This document shows positions 8,617 to 19,016 of a stretch of DNA of 64,000 bases, piece after piece. The first letter of the stretch is position 1; every line of letters starts with the position of its first letter. Both the position numbers and the translations under genes were made by a program. Origin of the DNA: an uncultured Thermococci archaeon (GTDB lineage Archaea > Methanobacteriota_B > Thermococci > Methanofastidiosales > B48-G16); the NCBI GenBank assembly GCA_964595645.1, contig CAZQQT010000008.1, positions 1 through 64,000 on the forward strand, written 5' to 3'. A model generated the notes under the pieces. It was not told the origin of the DNA and ran no database searches. It saw only the letters and a program-made list of their open reading frames with translations.

Positions 8617-9230
8617 CCTTCCTCTCCTATTAACGGTACAAAGGCGCATCCACCGTATTTTTTTTCCTCAACTCGTTCCTTCAATGTTTTTTCGGCAACG
8701 ATAAGAGTGCAGTAGTACCGTTCTCCGACGGGGATGCATATCTTCCCTCCGATTTTCAACTGGTCTTTGAGGGGTTGAGGGATTTTGGGTGAGGCCGCCG
8801 TGACGATGATCCTGTCGTACGGTGCTTCTTCTTTGTATCCGAGGCTCCCATCCCCTATCACGATCTTCACATCGTAATCTGTTTTTTTTAGGTTTTCTCT
8901 GGCTGAGTAGGCAAGTTCCGGTATTCGTTCAATGCTGATGACGTTGTCGCCCACGATTTCAGCGATTAATGCTGCGTTGTATCCCGAGCCTGTTCCTATC
9001 TCCAGGACTTTTTGTCCCTCCTTTAGATCGGAAGCTTCAAGCATGATGGCGATCATTGAAGGAGCGGAGATTGTTTGACCGTGTCCTATCGAGAGGGGTC
9101 GATCATGATATGCTGATCCTCGGGCTCCCTTCGGCACGAATACCTTTCTATCCACCTTTTCAAACGCTCTCCTTACAGGTTCTGATTTTATATAGCCGTG
9201 TTTCACCAGGGAGCGTATCAGATTCTCCAT
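8610..9230 (-). CDS. pcm: Protein-L-isoaspartate O-methyltransferase
   Basis: GQTISAP, VLEIGTGSGY, APYDRIIVTAA, FVPLIG. Confidence 0.95.
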   Translation of the reverse strand: MENLIRSLVKHGYIKSEPVRRAFEKVDRKVFVPKGARGSAYHDRPLSIGHGQTISAPSMIAIMLEASDLKEGQKVLEIGTGSGYNAALIAEIVGDNVISIERIPELAYSARENLKKTDYDVKIVIGDGSLGYKEEAPYDRIIVTAASPKIPQPLKDQLKIGGKICIPVGERYYCTLIVAEKTLKERVEEKKYGGCAFVPLIGEEGW

Positions 9231-9279
9231 ACCTATACTATGAGCGAATGTTTTTATAATTTTTTAACCAGTATACTAT

Positions 9280-9654
9280 ATGTCAGAGCGGTGGAAACTC
9301 TTAGCATTGCTGCTCGATGAGGTAGTACTCGTTCTTCTCTATCTTGTTCTGCGGTTTCCCTTTGAATATTTTGTCGTGTTTATCTCGATAGTTGTAGCGA
9401 AGGATATTTTTGTCATACTCAAAGCGTGGAATATCTTTGAACAGCAGAGTCTGTTGGGCATGGAAAGTCTTATAAGTTGTGTAGGTGAAGTGGTGAGTGA
9501 TATCGATCCTTCGGGCCAGGTAAAGATCGGCAATGAGATCTGGCTGGCAGAAAGCGATGAGTTTATTCCTGAAGGCGAAAAGGCAATCGTGAGAGATACC
9601 GAGGGATTGGTGCTGAAGGTAGAAAAATATACAGGTGATGAGAATGAAGAATGA
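9280..9654 (+). CDS. NfeD family membrane protein
   Basis: N-terminal TM helices; G.V...IDPSGQVKIGNEIW.A OB-fold. Confidence 0.85.
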   Translation: MSERWKLLALLLDEVVLVLLYLVLRFPFEYFVVFISIVVAKDIFVILKAWNIFEQQSLLGMESLISCVGEVVSDIDPSGQVKIGNEIWLAESDEFIPEGEKAIVRDTEGLVLKVEKYTGDENEE

Positions 9655-11002
9655 TGGATGGTCGAAGCTTGATAAAAAAGAGGTATTTGAATTCTGTTCC
9701 GAGTACTGTGACTTTCTAAACGCGTGTAAAACGGAGAGAGAAGCTGTCGGGCATATTGTTTCGTTGGCGGAGAAATTCGGTTTTTCACCCGTGGAAAAAG
9801 GAGGAAAAAAAGTGTACGAAGTGAATAGAGGAAAATCTGTGATACTCGCTGTGAAGGGGAAAGAGGATCCTCGGGAGGGACTGAGAATTATCGGTTCCCA
9901 TATCGATTCGCCCCGGCTCGATCTGAAGCCCCACCCGCTCTACGAAGAAATAAAAGTGGGCCTCCTGAAGACACACTACTATGGAGGAATAAAGAAGTAC
10001 CAGTGGGTGGCCATACCGCTGGCCATGCATGGCGTGATCGTGAAGGAAACAGGGGAGAAAATAAATGTTGTAGTGGGTGAGGATCCAGAGGATCCCGTCT
10101 TTACCGTCTGTGATCTCCTTCCGCATCTCGCAAAAAAGGCGCAAGGAAAAAAGAAATTGTTTGAAGGGATTGAAGGTGAAGAGTTGAACATTGTGTTTGG
10201 CTCCATGAGCAAAGAGGATGAAAAAGAGAACAAGAGCACTGATAAAAAGAAAAAGAAACTAATAAAAAAGTTTATACTGGATCTGTTGAAAGAAAAATAT
10301 GATATAGAAGAGGAAGATCTCGTCTCCGCAGAGATAGAGTTTGTTCCCAGTTTCAAGGCTAGAGATGTGGGCATAGACAAAAGTCTCGTCGGTGCGTACG
10401 GACAGGATGACCGGGTCTGTGCGTTCACATCACTGAAGGCGATTCTCGAAATGGAAGATCCCGAGTATACCTGCGTTTTTATTGCTACAGACAAGGAAGA
10501 AGTTGGCAGTGATGGAGCCACGGGCATGAAATCAAAATTTTTTGAGAATTTTGTAATAAAAATGGTAGATTCATTGGAGTTACGGGATCTCGTCTCCGTG
10601 TTTGAGAATTCCAAGATGATCTCAGCGGATGTTGGTGCCGCACTGAATCCAACCTTTAAAAAGGTTCATGAAAAGCGCAATGCTGCGAAACTTGGACAAG
10701 GAGTTGCAGTAGAACGTTATACTGGTGCAGGAGGAAAGTACTCAACAAGCGAGGCAACTGCGGAGTTTACTGCAGAAATACGCCGCATTTTTAACAAAAA
10801 TAATGTCATGTGGCAAGCTGCAGAGCTGGGCAAAGTGGACGAAGGCGGAGGCGGAACCATCGCAAAGTTTTTAGCAGAGTACAATATGGATGTTATTGAC
10901 TGCGGTACGCCATTGCTGGGAATGCACTCTCCCTTCGAGGTGGCTTCGAAGGCCGATATTTTCCACACCTACAGAGCCTATAGATCATTTTACCACGAGT
11001 AA
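9644..11002 (+). CDS. M18 family aminopeptidase
   Basis: KTERE, SHIDSPRLDLK, YYGGIKKYQW, GQDDR, DKEEVGS, MHSPFE. Confidence 0.95.
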   Translation: MKNDGWSKLDKKEVFEFCSEYCDFLNACKTEREAVGHIVSLAEKFGFSPVEKGGKKVYEVNRGKSVILAVKGKEDPREGLRIIGSHIDSPRLDLKPHPLYEEIKVGLLKTHYYGGIKKYQWVAIPLAMHGVIVKETGEKINVVVGEDPEDPVFTVCDLLPHLAKKAQGKKKLFEGIEGEELNIVFGSMSKEDEKENKSTDKKKKKLIKKFILDLLKEKYDIEEEDLVSAEIEFVPSFKARDVGIDKSLVGAYGQDDRVCAFTSLKAILEMEDPEYTCVFIATDKEEVGSDGATGMKSKFFENFVIKMVDSLELRDLVSVFENSKMISADVGAALNPTFKKVHEKRNAAKLGQGVAVERYTGAGGKYSTSEATAEFTAEIRRIFNKNNVMWQAAELGKVDEGGGGTIAKFLAEYNMDVIDCGTPLLGMHSPFEVASKADIFHTYRAYRSFYHE

Positions 11003-11069
11003 CCTACTCTTTTTCTTTCATTTTTCAACGATCGCTAATTCGTCTATTGCAAATAAATTCCTCAATAAT

Positions 11070-11233
11070 TATTGCTCATCAACAATATAACCGAAAAGTA
11101 TTTAAAGACGTGCAATATTCATATACATCAAATACAAACGAAGAGTAACAATGCAAAAATTATTGCTGATGGCCGAAAGATATTTAAAGGATAAGAAGCA
11201 ATAGAAGTATAATAGGTAAGTATTGAACATCAA
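11070..11233 (+). promoter_or_regulatory. Two tandem BRE-TATA promoters plus TATTGNNNATCAA motifs upstream of the giant surface protein
   Basis: ccgaaaagtatttaaag (11091) and ccgaaagatatttaaag (11173); tattgctcatcaa (11070), tattgaacatcaa (11221). Confidence 0.55.
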
Positions 11234-11314
11234 GGTGCGTGAATTTATGGAACACAAGGAAGATGAACACCACCATAGTGAAATAAAAATAATTTATATA
11301 ATGGAGGGACCGAT

Positions 11315-14300
11315 ATGAAAATAGAATTAAAACAGTATTTAGGATTTTTGATTTGTGTAGCACTTGTACTGAGTATAGTTAATATAAATATAGATGAAGC
11401 CGAATCGCAGCCCAGTGGAATAACAGGATCTGTGAGTTTTAGTGGAACAATTTTTGAGGACATAGGTACAGATACGTATAAAAATGGACTAAATGCAGAT
11501 ACTGATGGAGATGACTGGGATCGATGGAACAACCCAGGAGGAACAGAGGATAATGGTGCCCTTGATGGAGGCGAAGGACTCACGGGCGTGGATGTCTATC
11601 TCGATGATAGACCAACTCCTATTGCAACTACAGGTGTCGGAGGAACATGGTCCGCACCAGGGATGTCCACGTTCGCCGGAAAACACTATCTCACCTTTAA
11701 AAAGGACGGCTACGTGACGAAAACACGAAATATTGATGTCTACAGTAGTCCAGTAGACTTGAATGCCACTGCTCTAGAAAGAGCTGATGCAATTATAGGC
11801 AGGGTAACCGATTCCTCCGGAAACCCCATTACTGGGGCACGCGTTGTTGCATACCCCAGAAATCCACCGAACTGGGCGTTAACACAAGCTGTTCATGATG
11901 CATTTGCTCCAGGTCCAGATGGGCAGCATATTATAGAAGGTTTTACTGATAAATTTGGCAACTATGTGTTAAAAGGTCTTCCAAAAGGAAATTATGATAT
12001 AAGAGTGACTAAAGAGGAGTATGCATCTAAATTTAAGACGATATATGGAGTGAATACAGATCTCGGTCCCAAAACCCTCAATTTCACTCTTACATTAAAT
12101 CCAGGTACCCTAGAAGGGGTTGTACATGATAGTGGTGGAAATCCCATTGCAAATGCAACGGTATCTATTCCAGGATTAAACCTTTCAACGACAACTGATC
12201 CCACAGGATACTATGAAATACCGCAGATACCTGCGGGTATGTATACCGTTGTGGCGAAAGCGCAGGGGTACAAGACAGAGGTATATTACTACAATGATGC
12301 AAACAATCCTGCTGGCGGGGATCCAACAGGTAATTTTAACCCATCAAATGCTTACACGCACCCGATGTGGGGAGGCTATGCACCGTATATAGGAGCCGGA
12401 CAAACTATCTCTAACTTTGACTTCGAGATGGATACGGCAACCCAGGAGTGTGAGAACGATATTTCTGGCATTGTAAGCAATGGCGCACCTATCGAGTACG
12501 CGCAAGTGGAAATACCCGGATTGAATAGGGAAATTACCACAGATAAGGCAGGATACTATATATTTACTGATGTACCGTGTGGTACCTACTGGGTCGTTGC
12601 TTCCGATCCAGAACCAGATTCAACAGGATTGCTCGATCACAAGTCGAAGAAGGCATTAGTGGAGTGTGCAATCGGCCAGGAGATTACACAGGATTTTGTC
12701 CTCGAGGAAAACCCCTGCACAATCTTCGGACGCGTATTACAATACGATACTGACTGGGTACCGGTGGCCAATGCCACTGTAGAAATTCCCCACGCAGGAA
12801 TCTCCACGACTACGGACTCCTTTGGGTACTATGTCATTGAGGACCTTCCAGTCAAGAGATGGTCCTGGTGGGATGAGCAGGAAGGATTTGCGTATAAAAC
12901 AAAGGAGTATCTCGTAAAAGTATCGAAAAGTGGGTATCACTCGACAACAGAGTATGTGAAGCCGATACCACAACAGAATGTGTGGCAAGAGTTCCACATC
13001 AAGAAAAAAACAGGGATACTAAAAGGAAAAGTCACAGAATGGGATACCGATCAGGGAATCGGAGATATCAAAGTAACATGTGCAGGAAGAGAGACTTACA
13101 CAGATGGCAACGGATTTTATGAATTCGTTGAAGTGCCGATAGGAAGCTATACGGTGCATGCTGAAGATTATACCGGTGGAGGAGGATGGCCTCCAGCCAA
13201 TTCTTATGACAATAAAGCGAAGATAAATCAAGAAGTCACGACTGATAACGTAACTATTACCGATTTTAGGCTTCCCGATCATGCCTCCGGTAAAACAACA
13301 GGTTCAGTCTCTGGGCATATTTGGTACGACTGGAATAAGTCTGCAGGATTTAGCAACGAAGGAGAAGGAGTAGAGGATGCGGAGGTACTGATATCTGGAA
13401 AGCACAGTGTAGACACCGATTCCTACGGATACTACGTGAGTATTGCCAGTTCGCAGGATATGTACGGGCAATATGATACACTCGTGGTAAAACAGGGAGC
13501 GCCGGGGCATGTGGTTACCGCAGATGCGTCAGGATACCACATCGGACATTCGAATACACAGGCATATACAGATATCGATATTACCGACCTCTCATTGACC
13601 ATGCCACTACCACCTACACCGCTTAATATTGAATTGAATAAGCTTACTGGCGATCTCAAGGGGACAGTCTACGATAAGGATAAGAATAAACCATTGCCTG
13701 GGCATATTGTGCACGTCCCTCTCGCAGGAGCTCCTTCAGGCTATGTTGCTTTCTATGATGGTAGTCCTACATCGTATGACACCGCATGGCCAAAAAGCTT
13801 CACGGATACATTAGGTACGTACTTCATTAGTGCCTACGGTCCGTACTATCCCAAGGGGATTCCAAAAGGAGATCACGTTGTCTGGGAGCATGCACCATCA
13901 TTAATGCCAAATTACCAGGATATGTTCGAGAGGGTAGACATCCAATCCCTCATCAACCAAAACTTCGGCGCCACGCGGAAAATAGGAAGAATTGAGGGAC
14001 GTGTCTGGGATGAAGGTGCAGATATGTTGTTGGACAAGAACTTTGATCCCAATGAGAATCCCGTGTTTTCAAGTAAAGAGGATGCAGCAGTGGTAAAACT
14101 CTCAGGGAAATCTACAGATCCTACATCAAATGATGACAATCACTCGTCGATTGCGGACTCAACAGGATACTACACGATTTTGAATGTGCCAATCACATAT
14201 GACTGGCCGTATGATCCGCCAAGTCTTTATTTCTGGAACAGGTACACAGGAACAGCAGAGTACTCCGGCTTCTACAAAGAGAAGTGGGAACACCCTGGCC

Positions 14301-17300
14301 CTGTTAGTCCGAGGTGGAGATTTGATAACAATATCAGGATTGATTGGGCAGTGAATAGAAACAATGAGACCACAAAGTCGGCTGAGCCCGATGATTTCTA
14401 CGACTTCCCATTAGACAAAAAGACCAGTGGCCCGAACAGCGGAGGACCTGATGGATTAATATCCGGTTATGTGGATCTGGATCTCGCACTATACAGTAGC
14501 AATGCAGACGTATGGGTTCAGAATACAAACTACAATGCCTGCACCGATATGGAAGGGTACTACCTCGTCTGGAACCATGGTGTCCATGCAACGGGTCCAC
14601 CTGGGGATTGGGGAACAGAAATTGTAGATAAGGCACCATGGGGCATACCGGACGGTAACTACGCACTGCGGGCGAGAGCACTATGGTACGAAAGCGACGT
14701 GATAGGGGTTAGAGAAACGTATGTTCCCGAGATATACCCCAATACAGTTTCAGTCCACTCAGAGACACCAAACATCAACTTCAACCTGTTTAGAAAAGCT
14801 GGAGGAATTGAAGGAAGAGTATTAGAAAATACACAGGATGCGATAGGAAATGAAGTGGTGGAAGATCAGTACGGAAATCCAATCGATAATGGCGTAACAG
14901 CTCCTCCTAACGATAAATATCTCTTTATAAAAGATGCAAAGGTAACACTAGGAAATCCAGACAACGGTATAGGATTACCGCATTGGCAGAGATATACCGC
15001 AGATGGTGGAGAATACGAGTTTAATAACCAGTCTAGTAAGGTACTTCCGTTGAACGAGTATTGGCCATCCAATACTACCACAGGATTCACCCACAGAGTA
15101 TGGATGGAGAAGGACAGTAGCTATAGAAAATCAACCGGATTGTTAGCACCTTTGGTATGGAAAACCGTAATGCCTCTTGCCGATACCGTTTTAGAACGGT
15201 GGTTTGGATTCATCGATGGGTTCGTACGAGACTGCGATACCAATAAGCCAATAGTGAATGCCGACGTCAATGCGACGAAGCAACGGACAAACCCGAATCC
15301 CTCGGCAACGAATGAGATAGCAACGTACACTTACGACGCTACAGAGACCCCAAATATCAACAACACAGATCTAGAAGGATACTATCTCGTAGAGTCTTCA
15401 GTCTCCATACCGAAGGTACAGACTGATGAGACGGAGTACACCGTTACTGTAGCGAAACCGAAATATCCAACAAAGAGCCTCAACAACATCACAGTAGAGT
15501 TTAACGAGGTAAACAAGAATAATGACTTCACATTATGCAAAGAACTCAGCAACACCGGCGTGATCCTCGGTATCGTCTACGAGGATGCTGATACTGATGG
15601 CGTCTACGACCCCGGAGAGGAGATCGGTGGTGTGGATGTGGAGATGCCAGGATTGGATAAGGCAACGGTCTCGACCACGGCCACGCACACTCACACTCTC
15701 GGTGATTACAACTTTATATTTACAGATGTACCACTCCTCCCCGGCGGTGGAGATGCACGATACTGGGTGAAGTTCACGCATCCGGACCATGAAATGGCAT
15801 ATGGTCTGTTCACTACAAACACGTATAATGCAGCTAATTATAGCAATGGTGGAACAGAGGATGATCTCTCAGATGATAGTGGGAACCACATACCCGTTTG
15901 CGGACTGCAGACAGTTCCCGACGGCTGGATAGAAGGCTTGCTTTATGCGCCGGGCAGTCCGAATGAACGACTTACAGATAGAGATGACAATGCTAAGGTA
16001 TGGATACCCGGTGCGTACAGACAGTGTCCTACCGACGATGCAGGATACTATATTATCGGTAAGCTCGCACCGTATATGCCCGTAGGCTCAACATATCCAG
16101 CTGTGCAGACGTTGGTAGCGACAGCCGACGGTTACAAGCCGGAGCCACAGAGAAACGTTCCGTTAAATAGTGACACGCCGTGGAATCATACGTGGAGAGA
16201 CTTCTCTATGGAAGTCATGAGTTCCATGGACTCTGGAATTGTCCAGGGAGTTGTCTTTTTCGATGGAGGTATTGCCGTAGGCGATGTTGGAGATCCACCA
16301 GGAGCGCCGTACGATCTCGGCATCTGCACAGGAGGAAACTATGATGGTCCCGATCCAGGCAATCCCTTTGAGCCCAATGGGGCGTATGATGTGCAGGGAA
16401 CAGGTGAGAATACGGTCACGGAAGGTATCAGAAATGCGACAGTCACGCTGAATCCTACTACCACTACCGATTCGTATGGATACTATATCCTTACCGATAT
16501 CGATTCCGAGATGACACATACAATGGAGGCCTCAGCTGATCTCTTCGAGAATGCGCAGCACAATGTCTCCGTAGATTCGGGATGGAACACGGAGAACTTC
16601 GCCATGGACGCGAAGACAGGGAGCATCTCAGGGCGAATATACGAGGATTTTGACCAAGATGATACGTACGATGCACCCAATGAGGCAATAGAGAATGCGA
16701 CGGTGAGAGCGTGGATTAGCGCAACGCCATCGTTCTCTGTTTCGGTGTACACCGAGACAGATGGGAGCTATCTCATGCCGCTAGTACCGGTGCCCATCGC
16801 GACAGGTTCCTACACAGTCCATGCTGAGCAGGTCTCCACTACACCGCGGTACGAGCCGAATCAGGTGGACAATGTGAATGTCGATCCAGGAGTTACCACG
16901 CCTGGCGTGGACATTACCTTGATGAGAGAACACGGCACTGTGAATGGACAGGTGACGTATGGTGGAGGCACACCGCTCTATGGAGCCACAGTAAAGTTCT
17001 ACTTCCACTGGTACAGCCAGTATATCGAGATATTTACCACGACAACAGACGCGAATGGGGATTACAGCTTCAGTACTGAGGATACTGTGACTATCAACAA
17101 TGAACTCGATCCTGGGGAGGATGTCGATATGGATGGTATGCTCGATGAGCTCTGGGAAGGGCACTGGACCATTGAGGTCTCACATCCCGCCTTCCAGTCG
17201 CAGACAAAGGATCTCGTTGTTCAGAGTCCCTACACTGTTGACTTCGATCTGAGCGGCGACCTCAAACCGCAGACCGCGCTTATCGAGGGGACGGTAGAGG

Positions 17301-18985
17301 ACAGTACCTCCACTGAGATCAAAGACGTACTGGTCACCGCGGACCGCGGCGATATACAGGTCCAGACGATGACAGGAATCACAGGGACCAATGGCCATTA
17401 TGAGATGTACGTGCCGTGGGGACTCTATAATTCTGTCACTGCTCAAAAGGCGGGATATCCGACAGCAACGCAGGGTCCGTTTGATGTCCATGATTACGGC
17501 GCGGCCACCGGAGACTTCGATGATTACGATTTAGACGGTGAGTTCGATGATCTTGAACTGGACTTCACGCTGGAGAACATTGTCGTGCTCATCTCGCCGA
17601 TGAATGGAGGCTCTGTTACCACGGAGACACCGACGCTAGACTGGTACGACTTTGCAGGCGCAACTACCTATACGCTTGAGATCTCGACTAGTAACAGCGT
17701 TGATGGTAGCGGTTACTTCACCTCGACGGTGGATACCTACACAGGCAATGCATCGGAGTACACGGTCCCGAGTGGGAAACTCACCAACGGCCAGACCTAC
17801 CACTGGCATGTCATCGCAGATTCAGATACCACCACGTGGTCGGATATCTGGAGCTTTGATGTACAAGTCGGGACATCTCCAACGCTTCTCAGCCCACCCA
17901 ACAATGGCTACGCATCCTCCACCACACCGACATTCTTGTGGACCACAGCTCCTGCAGCCTCAGGAGACTACCAGATACAGGTGGCGACAACAAACTCCTT
18001 TGGTCCTGGCGATATTGTATTCGATCACACCACAGGGACGAATACACAGTATACCACACAGCCTGGAGAGGCCTTGATTGACGGTAATACATACTACTGG
18101 AGAGTACGACGTGGTACAGGTGCCTACCCATGGTCAGATATCTGGAGTTTCACCGTGGATACATCCACAGGTTCCATCGATGGGACCGTAGAGAGTGGAG
18201 GCTCACCACTTGTGGGAGCAACAGTGGTTGCGTATTACTACGACAGCAATGATAAAGTCATTGAAGCAGCAAAGACGAATACAACGGTAGGAGGGTACTA
18301 CATACTCTCAGGACTCGATCCGTCGTATAATCCGTATGATGTTGCCTGTTACATGGAGGACTACAAGGCAGAGGCAAAGGAAGGTGTAACCGTGAATGCA
18401 GGAGGCACGATTACCGAAGACTTCGATTTGGAGGCAGGAACACACTACGATATCACCCTTCAGTCTGGATGGAATCTAGTCTCCTTCCCGCTGGTAATTG
18501 ATGAGACGGTGCCAGTACCCGCCCTGCTCAACTCGATAGAAGGAGATTACGAGAAACTGGCACAGTGGAATGCGAACAGTGATGTATTCGAGTACTACTA
18601 TGTGAACCCGACGGCAACAGATCCCAATGAGTTTGTGAAGTGCAAACAGTTCAAGGGCTACTGGATAAAGACAACGAGTAGTACAACCCTGCGGATTTCA
18701 GGGGTCCAGGACAATACGCAGAAGTCAATGCAGCTCAAGAAGGGGTGGAATCTCATCGGTTATGTCTTCACAGTGAATAAGAACTCTGTGACGAAACTGA
18801 GCCCTGTGTCAAAGGTAGCCTATGGATGGAGATTGGACACAACGCCTAGTCCCGATCAGTGGTACTTCCTTGACCCGAACAACAACTATCCGACATACAC
18901 CGATAACCCCAAAGACAATACACTGCGACCAGGATACGGCTACTGGATATACGCTACCGAGGACTTCACACTCACCATCCAATAG
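11315..18985 (+). CDS. Giant secreted surface protein (2556 aa): many carboxypeptidase-regulatory-like beta-sandwich repeats, two FN3-like domains, C-terminal GWNL..GYW domain
   Basis: Signal peptide; repeated G.I.G.V.D...PI..A.V...TD..GYY; DxDxDG-type motifs; LLSP.N...W...WSDIWSF twice. Confidence 0.8.
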   Translation: MKIELKQYLGFLICVALVLSIVNINIDEAESQPSGITGSVSFSGTIFEDIGTDTYKNGLNADTDGDDWDRWNNPGGTEDNGALDGGEGLTGVDVYLDDRPTPIATTGVGGTWSAPGMSTFAGKHYLTFKKDGYVTKTRNIDVYSSPVDLNATALERADAIIGRVTDSSGNPITGARVVAYPRNPPNWALTQAVHDAFAPGPDGQHIIEGFTDKFGNYVLKGLPKGNYDIRVTKEEYASKFKTIYGVNTDLGPKTLNFTLTLNPGTLEGVVHDSGGNPIANATVSIPGLNLSTTTDPTGYYEIPQIPAGMYTVVAKAQGYKTEVYYYNDANNPAGGDPTGNFNPSNAYTHPMWGGYAPYIGAGQTISNFDFEMDTATQECENDISGIVSNGAPIEYAQVEIPGLNREITTDKAGYYIFTDVPCGTYWVVASDPEPDSTGLLDHKSKKALVECAIGQEITQDFVLEENPCTIFGRVLQYDTDWVPVANATVEIPHAGISTTTDSFGYYVIEDLPVKRWSWWDEQEGFAYKTKEYLVKVSKSGYHSTTEYVKPIPQQNVWQEFHIKKKTGILKGKVTEWDTDQGIGDIKVTCAGRETYTDGNGFYEFVEVPIGSYTVHAEDYTGGGGWPPANSYDNKAKINQEVTTDNVTITDFRLPDHASGKTTGSVSGHIWYDWNKSAGFSNEGEGVEDAEVLISGKHSVDTDSYGYYVSIASSQDMYGQYDTLVVKQGAPGHVVTADASGYHIGHSNTQAYTDIDITDLSLTMPLPPTPLNIELNKLTGDLKGTVYDKDKNKPLPGHIVHVPLAGAPSGYVAFYDGSPTSYDTAWPKSFTDTLGTYFISAYGPYYPKGIPKGDHVVWEHAPSLMPNYQDMFERVDIQSLINQNFGATRKIGRIEGRVWDEGADMLLDKNFDPNENPVFSSKEDAAVVKLSGKSTDPTSNDDNHSSIADSTGYYTILNVPITYDWPYDPPSLYFWNRYTGTAEYSGFYKEKWEHPGPVSPRWRFDNNIRIDWAVNRNNETTKSAEPDDFYDFPLDKKTSGPNSGGPDGLISGYVDLDLALYSSNADVWVQNTNYNACTDMEGYYLVWNHGVHATGPPGDWGTEIVDKAPWGIPDGNYALRARALWYESDVIGVRETYVPEIYPNTVSVHSETPNINFNLFRKAGGIEGRVLENTQDAIGNEVVEDQYGNPIDNGVTAPPNDKYLFIKDAKVTLGNPDNGIGLPHWQRYTADGGEYEFNNQSSKVLPLNEYWPSNTTTGFTHRVWMEKDSSYRKSTGLLAPLVWKTVMPLADTVLERWFGFIDGFVRDCDTNKPIVNADVNATKQRTNPNPSATNEIATYTYDATETPNINNTDLEGYYLVESSVSIPKVQTDETEYTVTVAKPKYPTKSLNNITVEFNEVNKNNDFTLCKELSNTGVILGIVYEDADTDGVYDPGEEIGGVDVEMPGLDKATVSTTATHTHTLGDYNFIFTDVPLLPGGGDARYWVKFTHPDHEMAYGLFTTNTYNAANYSNGGTEDDLSDDSGNHIPVCGLQTVPDGWIEGLLYAPGSPNERLTDRDDNAKVWIPGAYRQCPTDDAGYYIIGKLAPYMPVGSTYPAVQTLVATADGYKPEPQRNVPLNSDTPWNHTWRDFSMEVMSSMDSGIVQGVVFFDGGIAVGDVGDPPGAPYDLGICTGGNYDGPDPGNPFEPNGAYDVQGTGENTVTEGIRNATVTLNPTTTTDSYGYYILTDIDSEMTHTMEASADLFENAQHNVSVDSGWNTENFAMDAKTGSISGRIYEDFDQDDTYDAPNEAIENATVRAWISATPSFSVSVYTETDGSYLMPLVPVPIATGSYTVHAEQVSTTPRYEPNQVDNVNVDPGVTTPGVDITLMREHGTVNGQVTYGGGTPLYGATVKFYFHWYSQYIEIFTTTTDANGDYSFSTEDTVTINNELDPGEDVDMDGMLDELWEGHWTIEVSHPAFQSQTKDLVVQSPYTVDFDLSGDLKPQTALIEGTVEDSTSTEIKDVLVTADRGDIQVQTMTGITGTNGHYEMYVPWGLYNSVTAQKAGYPTATQGPFDVHDYGAATGDFDDYDLDGEFDDLELDFTLENIVVLISPMNGGSVTTETPTLDWYDFAGATTYTLEISTSNSVDGSGYFTSTVDTYTGNASEYTVPSGKLTNGQTYHWHVIADSDTTTWSDIWSFDVQVGTSPTLLSPPNNGYASSTTPTFLWTTAPAASGDYQIQVATTNSFGPGDIVFDHTTGTNTQYTTQPGEALIDGNTYYWRVRRGTGAYPWSDIWSFTVDTSTGSIDGTVESGGSPLVGATVVAYYYDSNDKVIEAAKTNTTVGGYYILSGLDPSYNPYDVACYMEDYKAEAKEGVTVNAGGTITEDFDLEAGTHYDITLQSGWNLVSFPLVIDETVPVPALLNSIEGDYEKLAQWNANSDVFEYYYVNPTATDPNEFVKCKQFKGYWIKTTSSTTLRISGVQDNTQKSMQLKKGWNLIGYVFTVNKNSVTKLSPVSKVAYGWRLDTTPSPDQWYFLDPNNNYPTYTDNPKDNTLRPGYGYWIYATEDFTLTIQ

Positions 18986-19016
18986 GTTTATAAGTGAGGA
19001 CGGAGAGGAGATACCC

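Noticed and set aside
18822-19016. 65-aa N-terminal extension of the 18822..20654 ORF
   Set aside because: Overlaps the giant gene; RBS and signal peptide point to ATG 19017.
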